From an uncultured archaeon (lineage in GTDB: Archaea > Thermoplasmatota > Penumbrarchaeia > JASLWR01), in assembly GCA_964342815.1 (NCBI GenBank), contig CAYFHS010000020.1, positions 1 through 16,479 on the forward strand: a stretch of 16,479 nt of DNA, read 5' to 3'. Each line of letters begins with the position of its first letter. Positions within the stretch are counted from its first letter, which is position 1. The notes beneath the pieces are model-generated. The model had not been told where the DNA came from, did not search any database, and saw only the letters and a list, made by a program, of their open reading frames with translations. Both the position numbers and the translations under genes were made by a program. Below are positions 8,006 through 14,098 of the stretch, in pieces.

Positions 8006-8177
8006 CTGGATGTTTCACCTGCCTTGTGTAAATTAGATATATCTGCTAAAATACTTTCAAGGATTTGAATGGAATTATACTAATTGATGGAATATTGATT
8101 AGAAGAATATTGTTGTAAGTAAATAATTTCCCTCAAATGTCCCCTATCGAGCAGGATCACTTAAAAACATTTGTAAA

Positions 8178-8405
8178 TTATACCGAGATTACTTCCTTTA
8201 CTTCCGGGAGTTCCTCTTTTATTGCCTTTTGAATGAAATTGACCAAAGTTAACTGCCGCATGGGGCAACCCGCACAACCCCCGCCCATTTTAACCTTTAC
8301 AACTCCATCCTCAACGGCTATAAGATCCACCTTCCCGCCGTCCATGGCCAGAGCGGGGTTAATTCGATTATCGATAACTTCTTTCACCTTGTCCATCATG
8401 CTCAT
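8178..8405 (-). CDS. NifU C-terminal-domain (Nfu-type) Fe-S cluster carrier protein
   Basis: 75 aa: INPALAMDGGKVDL...VKVKMGGGCAGCPM...IQKAIKEELPEVKEV, with the conserved CxxC. AAGGTGA RBS upstream. Confidence 0.92.
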   Translation of the reverse strand: MSMMDKVKEVIDNRINPALAMDGGKVDLIAVEDGVVKVKMGGGCAGCPMRQLTLVNFIQKAIKEELPEVKEVISV

Positions 8406-8473
8406 TTAATCACCTTTTAGTCACGGATTATAACCTTGTAACGTTATATTTATATATAACCGTTGTTGTTTTA
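8406..8473. promoter_or_regulatory. Compact divergent promoter with overlapping inverted repeats
   Basis: 68-bp spacer between divergent ATGs. It contains TTTATATATA (8449-8458), TATAAC-N8-GTTATA (8429-8448) and GTTATAT-N4-ATATAAC (8443-8460). Confidence 0.6.
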
Positions 8474-8839
8474 ATGGACATGGCCACATTTGCCAGACCT
8501 CCATGTGAAATCGTTGTGAGTAAAATACTACCTTCTATTAGAAGTGAAGTTGTGGGAATATTATCAAATACCTATGGTATGCGCCAGATAGAGATTGCAG
8601 AAATAATGGGTATCACACAGGCATCGGTAAGCCAATATCTTAACGCCAGCAGAGGGGCGGATGAATTGTTTTGGGAAGTATTTCCAGAGATAAAAGCATA
8701 TGCTGGCGAGGCAGCAAAAGAATTGGTAGAGGGCCGGAACAAATTAGGACCGGACAACGATTCTCCCTTTTTGTTATGCACAATATGCGGTAAGATCCGC
8801 AAGGATGACCGGTTCTGTACTTATCTGGCTGAGAGCTGA
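8474..8839 (+). CDS. Archaeal HTH transcriptional regulator (COG2522-like, resembling the N-terminal HTH of ThiN/ThiR-type proteins) with extra cysteines
   Basis: 121 aa: RPPCEIVVSKILPSIR...GMRQIEIAEIMGITQASVSQYLNASRG (HTH), then C-terminal LCTICG...RFC. Confidence 0.85.
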   Translation: MDMATFARPPCEIVVSKILPSIRSEVVGILSNTYGMRQIEIAEIMGITQASVSQYLNASRGADELFWEVFPEIKAYAGEAAKELVEGRNKLGPDNDSPFLLCTICGKIRKDDRFCTYLAES

Positions 8840-8937
8840 ATATAAAAAAGTAATAATTCGTATTAGAATTGTTTAACTGAATGAGCCGGATTCTTTTGCA
8901 TAATCGCAATAATTTTTTACGCTAGTAGCAGATGATT

Positions 8938-10776
8938 TTAAAGATCCGAGAGCAAGAACATTAATATCGCCAGCCCGAAAAACAGAACTGCGGTCATGAT
9001 CTTAATAAGACCCACCCTTTTCATGAAGATTGATTCGAGTTTTTCAGAAGTTACGCCGTGGTAAACTGCGAGAAAGACGCCTACCAGGGGAAGAATGAAC
9101 ATTGAGTTATACAAAACGAGATAAAAAAATGCCTTTGCCTGAAATCCCGGCTCACCCAATATATATACGATCGTCGGCAGATAAACCTGCCCGGTACACA
9201 TAAATTCCAGTGCCGAGATTACGGCGCCTGTAATAAATGCCAATCCCGCCAATCTCCTTGATTTTACATGCTTCCGGATGATCCTGTTTGTAAGTTTCTT
9301 AATACTCTTGGGTAGTTTCAGGGTTGTTTCCTCCCCCTTTCCCTTTTTTATCTTGTAGAAATCAATAAGGCTGTAGATCCCGAGAATTAGAGCAATCACA
9401 CCTGTAATTGGATACATCAGGGCCGAGATAGTCGATATCCCTTTTATGTAATTCAACCATTTATAGATGCCAATTCCCAGTAAAAGGTATGTGATGAAAA
9501 CACCCAGGGTATATGATATACCGGTCAGTAAAATAACTTTTTTTTCCCTCTTTCGTATGACCAGATAACTCACAAGGAGCATCAGTGTCACAAAGGCACA
9601 TGGATTTACCCCATCGATGAGTCCTGCTCCGATTACTACGAAAATATTGAAATCGATCGAAGGATCGTATGGTTCAGCCGAAGGGTAAGGACTGCCATGG
9701 GGATATTTTTTTATTTCATCCTCAAAATCTGCCTTTAACTCTGAAACGCTGGTGAAAGCTCGGTTCCCGATGAAAACTCCCAACGTTCCCCACTCACGTT
9801 TGGGTACATTGTATCTGTTGAAATATGATTGTTTCTTTTTTTCATTCTTTCTGTTTGAGGTATCGAATTCATCAATTACGAGTTGGTCATATTTGCGGCT
9901 CATTTCTCTAAGGAATTCCCGTGCTTGATGGCAAGTTCCGCATGTGGGGCTGTAGAATATAAGAACATATATTGCATCATCCTCAGGTGGCGGAGTTGGT
10001 TGACATTCCACCTTTTTAATAGGTGTATTCCTCCCTGCATATATTTTCAACTTTTCATTGAGAGCATCAGAGCCTATTTCATCATCAACAAGTGAATGAT
10101 TTTCATTTCCGATGAAAACCGCCACGTTAGCACTGCTCTTGGAGCTGTTATAAACCTTGAGGAATTCGTCCAGAAGACATGAGTTTGTTAAACTGTTAAA
10201 TGTATCGAAGAAGTTATGGCGAACATGAGATGTATTTAAGGATTGAATGAGTTCGAGAGCGGTTTGGCCGGACGAGGTGATGAATGGTGTGGACGAATTG
10301 TAAAAAAAAGCGATCTCCGTTGACCAGGTCACGTTCCATTCGGGCCAAAGCGATGCTCCGGTATCCTGGTATTCCGCTATTAAGGCGGCACTGCTTTCAT
10401 AATCCACATTTTCATACGATATATAATGATCAGCTATGAAAAGAAAGGGGTAGTCGTATCGTTCACGGTCAGGTACGTTATAAGCATTGAAAAACTGTTT
10501 AGCAAGGTTCTTTTTTTCGGAAAAAGTGACATCTAACCAAGTAACCTCGAGATAAGTGTAATTTTTTTCCAGTGCCGGGATTATATCATCCATTGCTTTA
10601 ATGCTGCAGGGGCAATCGGGATCATAGAAAAAGGCCATTTCGACAACAGCCCCATTTGTTGTATCAGTTCGGTTGCTGCCTGACGAGAATATGCTTGATC
10701 CGGTGATCATCCCCAATGTCATGACGGCTATTACCATAAGGTTAAGGAGGCGCGGAAGATGTTCATTTACTTTCAT
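8938..10776 (-). CDS. Membrane protein with three thioredoxin/glutaredoxin-like domains and a C-terminal CcdA/DsbD-like transmembrane domain
   Basis: 612 aa with GGAGG RBS. N-terminal hydrophobic helix, then repeats starting FFYDPDCPCS, FFYNSST and IFYSPTCGTCH. The polytopic C-terminus carries the two CcdA-type cysteines (GLIDGVNPCAF and LEFMCTGQVYLP). Confidence 0.88.
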   Translation of the reverse strand: MKVNEHLPRLLNLMVIAVMTLGMITGSSIFSSGSNRTDTTNGAVVEMAFFYDPDCPCSIKAMDDIIPALEKNYTYLEVTWLDVTFSEKKNLAKQFFNAYNVPDRERYDYPFLFIADHYISYENVDYESSAALIAEYQDTGASLWPEWNVTWSTEIAFFYNSSTPFITSSGQTALELIQSLNTSHVRHNFFDTFNSLTNSCLLDEFLKVYNSSKSSANVAVFIGNENHSLVDDEIGSDALNEKLKIYAGRNTPIKKVECQPTPPPEDDAIYVLIFYSPTCGTCHQAREFLREMSRKYDQLVIDEFDTSNRKNEKKKQSYFNRYNVPKREWGTLGVFIGNRAFTSVSELKADFEDEIKKYPHGSPYPSAEPYDPSIDFNIFVVIGAGLIDGVNPCAFVTLMLLVSYLVIRKREKKVILLTGISYTLGVFITYLLLGIGIYKWLNYIKGISTISALMYPITGVIALILGIYSLIDFYKIKKGKGEETTLKLPKSIKKLTNRIIRKHVKSRRLAGLAFITGAVISALEFMCTGQVYLPTIVYILGEPGFQAKAFFYLVLYNSMFILPLVGVFLAVYHGVTSEKLESIFMKRVGLIKIMTAVLFFGLAILMFLLSDL

Positions 10777-10826
10777 GGTTTGATGTTCCTCCGTCCCAAT
10801 TAGTCTGATTGATGATGTTCATACTT

Positions 10827-11089
10827 GACAAGTCACCACTTGTCCTGTGTGATGAGTTCACTGCGTTACGATGCATTGGAAATGCATCTTCTCCCGTAGC
10901 CATGCTTGGCGAGGGTGTAGCCTAGCCCCGGGGGGTCTGCGTAGCAAAGCGGACACCCTCAGGAGCAAGCTCCTTACGGGAGCCCGTTGGCTTACTGGCC
11001 TAGCGCGGTCACTTCGTTATGCACAATAAATTGTGCTCCGCCTTCGATTTCCGTGGGAAATCTACAGGAATCGAAACATCTGATGTTTC
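10827..11089. other. GC-rich multi-hairpin intergenic element (candidate ncRNA, structured leader or REP/MITE-like repeat)
   Basis: Stems seen directly: gacaagt/acttgtc (10827-10844); gatgcatt/aatgcatc (10870-10888); ctcccgta/tacgggag (10891-10982) enclosing gcca/tggc, gagggtgt/acaccctc (10911-10960) and aggag/ctcct (10961-10974); gcacaa/ttgtgc; gatttcc/ggaaatc; and a 17-bp palindrome gaaacatc-t-gatgtttc (11073-11089). No known RNA family recognised. Confidence 0.5.
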
Positions 11090-11159
11090 AAGATGAAATA
11101 GGAGCCATTATGGGTCACCTTTACAAATAAACCGCCTGGCCAACCCTTTCTGTTTACAA

Positions 11160-11262
11160 TATCGGAATCTATATATATAAACTCTGCATATATAAATATA
11201 ACAAGCCAATAATGGATGATTTGGCCATCTATTTAATATTATATTATTTGTATTATATGTTA
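11160..11262. promoter_or_regulatory. Very AT-rich divergent promoter region with TATA-like boxes
   Basis: ctatatatataaa and catatataaatataa give TATA-like boxes on both strands, between the minus-strand ccdA-like gene and the plus-strand surface-protein gene. Confidence 0.45.
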
Positions 11263-11290
11263 TGTGATTAATCAACTCCGTGGCGATGGA

Positions 11291-13954
11291 ATGAAAAAGT
11301 TTACTCTTGTCTGTTTTTTTTTGCTGATAATCCCAATTATAATCCTGCCCGAAGAGTTTCACTTTTCACTAGGAGATGCTGCCGGAGATGATGTCGATCC
11401 CATGGCCGTTAACGTCACCACGGCTAAGCATATGGTTGATTCGATTTCGTATCTCGTCATTCTGGATGTTCAGGAAACGCCCGATTATCTTGCAGGGCAT
11501 CTGCGGAACGCTCTCTCAATACCCTTGTCTGAACTGGAAGAAAGATTGGGAGACTTGAATCCGAATAGAGAGACGCTGATTTACGGAAAAACCGGTTATG
11601 GAAGCTCCGAGGCAAGAACGATCCTTTTAGATAACGGTTTTATCAATCTCTATGATATGTGCTGTGGGATCCGGGGATGGTCGGATGCAGGTTATCCTGT
11701 TTATAAAAAATATCCCTCTGTACGAAGCGCCGTACTCAGCGTACCGGAAGGAGATTCCGTTTTCCTTTCATCGGGTGTTTATGTAGGTGATTTTACCATA
11801 AACAAGACCATTTCTCTGCTCGGGGAAAACCAAACTTCAACAATTATCGAGGGTTCTGGCAGTGGAGTATCTATAAATGTCACTTCGGATCGTACCTTAG
11901 TGTCGTCCCTGACCGTTCGTAATGGCGAAATTGGTATCCTGTCTTTCGCTACCAGTGGAACTGAGATCTCCAACTGCACGTTTTCCGGTCTTGAGACTGC
12001 AGTATCTCTTTTATCGTCCAGATCCATCAAACTACGTGATAATACGATGTCCGATTGCAGCTTGTACATGGAAGGAAAATCATTGGAACATTGGGACACC
12101 CATTCCATTGATGGGACGAACCTGGTAAATGGAAAACCGCTTTATTACGCGACGAAATTATCAAACACGGAGGTCCTGGTTGACGCGAGTCTCATCATAC
12201 TTGTCAACTGCACCAACGTCACCGTGTCCGGGCGAGATTTTAATTCGAACAGCATTGGTATTACCCTGGCTTATTCAAGCTATAGCCACATTAGGAACAA
12301 CACATTCTATTCCAACGGTATAAGCGGGATTTCAATACACGAATCGCATGATAACATGATAATCGATAATACATTCGAATCGAATGGAGATGCGGGCATC
12401 AATTTAGCGGATAGCTCGCTAAATACGTTAAATCGAAATCTTATAAAGGATAATGGTGGTTATGGTGTTTCTCTATTACGTGGAACCGATAATCGAGTCT
12501 TTAATAACACGTTCATCAGGAACAACGGCGGGATGGTTCAGGCGGAAGATCGAAGTGATAATTGTTCGTGGGATGACGGATCGTTGGGAAATTACTGGTC
12601 AGATTATAAAATGAAATATCCCGGTGCTGCGAACGATAGCAGGGTCTGGGATACTCCCTATTTGATCCGTGGTACCCCCGAAATTTCGGACAGGTATCCT
12701 GCTGTTACCCCTACCGTAGCATTATCCAGTTACCCGGTATCCGATGCCGGACCCGACATTAATGTTATCCAGCATACCCTGGTGAGATTTGATGGCTCCT
12801 ATAGTTTCGACAAGGGGCAAATCACGAATTATACTTGGACTTTTCAATATGATGGCAAACCGGTGATTTTGAACGGAATAATATCTAGCTTCATTTTTCA
12901 TCTTGCTGGTATATACACGGTAACATTGAATGTAACTAATAGTCTGGGTCTCAGTGACCATGATGTGATAATCCTGACAGTTAATGACATTGAACCTCCC
13001 ACGGCAGACGCGGGAGAGGATCGAACAATCGACCAGTTCACATTGGTATTTTTCCTGGGGAAGAACTGTTCCGATAACATCTTGGTGGTGAACTACACGT
13101 GGTCGTTTAAATATGGGATGGACACCATCGTTCTGCATGGTTATAACGCTTCATTCAGATTCCAGGCGGCTGGTCGGTATAATGTGACCCTAAAGATATT
13201 CGATGCCAGCGCTAATTGGAATATCGATCAGATAGAGGTACTCGTAAGGGATATCACTCCTCCAGTGGCTAGTGCAGGAGATGATCAAAATCTTCCTCAA
13301 GGATCCCCTTTTATGTTCAACGCGGTAGAAAGCCACGATGATTCCGGGATACTCAACTACAGTTGGTCCTTTCGTGATGATGATTCGGAAATTCTCCTTT
13401 TTGGGATCCAATCTAGCTATACATTCAATCAACCCGGTGAATATCTGGTGATACTCAATGTAACGGATGTTGCAGGTCTTACGGGAACGGATATAATAAA
13501 TATTTCTGTGATTGACATTTATCCGCCGGAGGCAATTGCTGGTCCCGATATCAACATTCGCCAGCATGATAGCGTGGTTTTTAACGGCAGTGGTAGCAGC
13601 GATAATCAGGGGATCAGCAATTTCAGCTGGTCATTTGCCCATGGAGGTCGGAATATAACTCTTTTCGGTGGATCCGTGTCATACACCTTCGATCATCCCG
13701 GTAATTATACGGTCGTTATGAAGGTCAAAGATGATCAGGGACTGCAGGATGTGGATTTTTTGTACGTAAATGTTGAAAGGATTAATGAAAACGGGTCCGA
13801 TAATGGATGGTTTTACGGTGTCCTCGGCATAATCATTCTTTTTTCCGCACTAATGGTTTTGATATTAACTGTGAGGAGAGGTAAATCCTCAAATTCCATG
13901 GGGGATAAAAACGGGGAACAAGAATCTGAAGAAATGTCTATAAATGGAAAATAA
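11291..13954 (+). CDS. Surface protein: signal peptide, rhodanese-like domain, NosD/CASH-type parallel beta-helix, four PKD domains, C-terminal TM anchor
   Basis: Likely ATG at 11291 (MKKFTLVCFFLLIIPIIIL); the track's GTG at 11264 is an alternative start. Rhodanese signature: ILDVQ...YLAGHLRNALSIP...NGFINLY...GIRGWSDAGYPV. Beta-helix repeats: N.I.NNTF..N...GI.L, with GNYWSDY. Four PKD units begin PVSDAGPD, PTADAGED, PVASAGDD and PEAIAGPD. TM: WFYGVLGIIILFSALMVLILTV followed by RRGK. Confidence 0.9.
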   Translation: MKKFTLVCFFLLIIPIIILPEEFHFSLGDAAGDDVDPMAVNVTTAKHMVDSISYLVILDVQETPDYLAGHLRNALSIPLSELEERLGDLNPNRETLIYGKTGYGSSEARTILLDNGFINLYDMCCGIRGWSDAGYPVYKKYPSVRSAVLSVPEGDSVFLSSGVYVGDFTINKTISLLGENQTSTIIEGSGSGVSINVTSDRTLVSSLTVRNGEIGILSFATSGTEISNCTFSGLETAVSLLSSRSIKLRDNTMSDCSLYMEGKSLEHWDTHSIDGTNLVNGKPLYYATKLSNTEVLVDASLIILVNCTNVTVSGRDFNSNSIGITLAYSSYSHIRNNTFYSNGISGISIHESHDNMIIDNTFESNGDAGINLADSSLNTLNRNLIKDNGGYGVSLLRGTDNRVFNNTFIRNNGGMVQAEDRSDNCSWDDGSLGNYWSDYKMKYPGAANDSRVWDTPYLIRGTPEISDRYPAVTPTVALSSYPVSDAGPDINVIQHTLVRFDGSYSFDKGQITNYTWTFQYDGKPVILNGIISSFIFHLAGIYTVTLNVTNSLGLSDHDVIILTVNDIEPPTADAGEDRTIDQFTLVFFLGKNCSDNILVVNYTWSFKYGMDTIVLHGYNASFRFQAAGRYNVTLKIFDASANWNIDQIEVLVRDITPPVASAGDDQNLPQGSPFMFNAVESHDDSGILNYSWSFRDDDSEILLFGIQSSYTFNQPGEYLVILNVTDVAGLTGTDIINISVIDIYPPEAIAGPDINIRQHDSVVFNGSGSSDNQGISNFSWSFAHGGRNITLFGGSVSYTFDHPGNYTVVMKVKDDQGLQDVDFLYVNVERINENGSDNGWFYGVLGIIILFSALMVLILTVRRGKSSNSMGDKNGEQESEEMSINGK

Positions 13955-14098
13955 AATTGAGCGAGGATTGGCAACACAAAAATAGAAGGATTATTTGATA
14001 AAAGATAAAACCAATAACCTCAATGATATGAAAAATAGGATGATCGATCTAGGAAAAACAGTATTTATACAATGGGAAAAATTTGATGGGTGATAAAA

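Noticed and set aside
9928-9942. CGTCH in the CcdA-Trx protein as a heme c site
   Set aside because: It sits at the canonical thioredoxin active-site position (IFYSPTCxxC), so a redox dithiol explains it better.
10805-10865. Two TGATGA boxes suggesting a C/D box sRNA
   Set aside because: C-like boxes occur at 10810 and 10850, but there is no properly placed downstream CTGA D box (ctgc instead).
10891-10982. Cloverleaf-like junction as a tRNA or tRNA-Sec gene
   Set aside because: No T-loop (TTCRA), D-loop GG or 7-nt anticodon loop in the right positions on either strand, and the arm proportions do not fit.
11314-11322. T9 run in the signal-peptide region of the rhodanese-PKD gene as a phase-variation tract
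   Set aside because: Runs of 7-9 A/T occur elsewhere in the window (e.g. 5370-5376, 10302-10309) and Phe/Leu codons explain it; it is much weaker than the G12 tract.
11108-11362. 84-aa minus-strand ORF
   Set aside because: It overlaps the start of the 11291 gene and the AT-rich promoter region, and has no recognisable motif or RBS.
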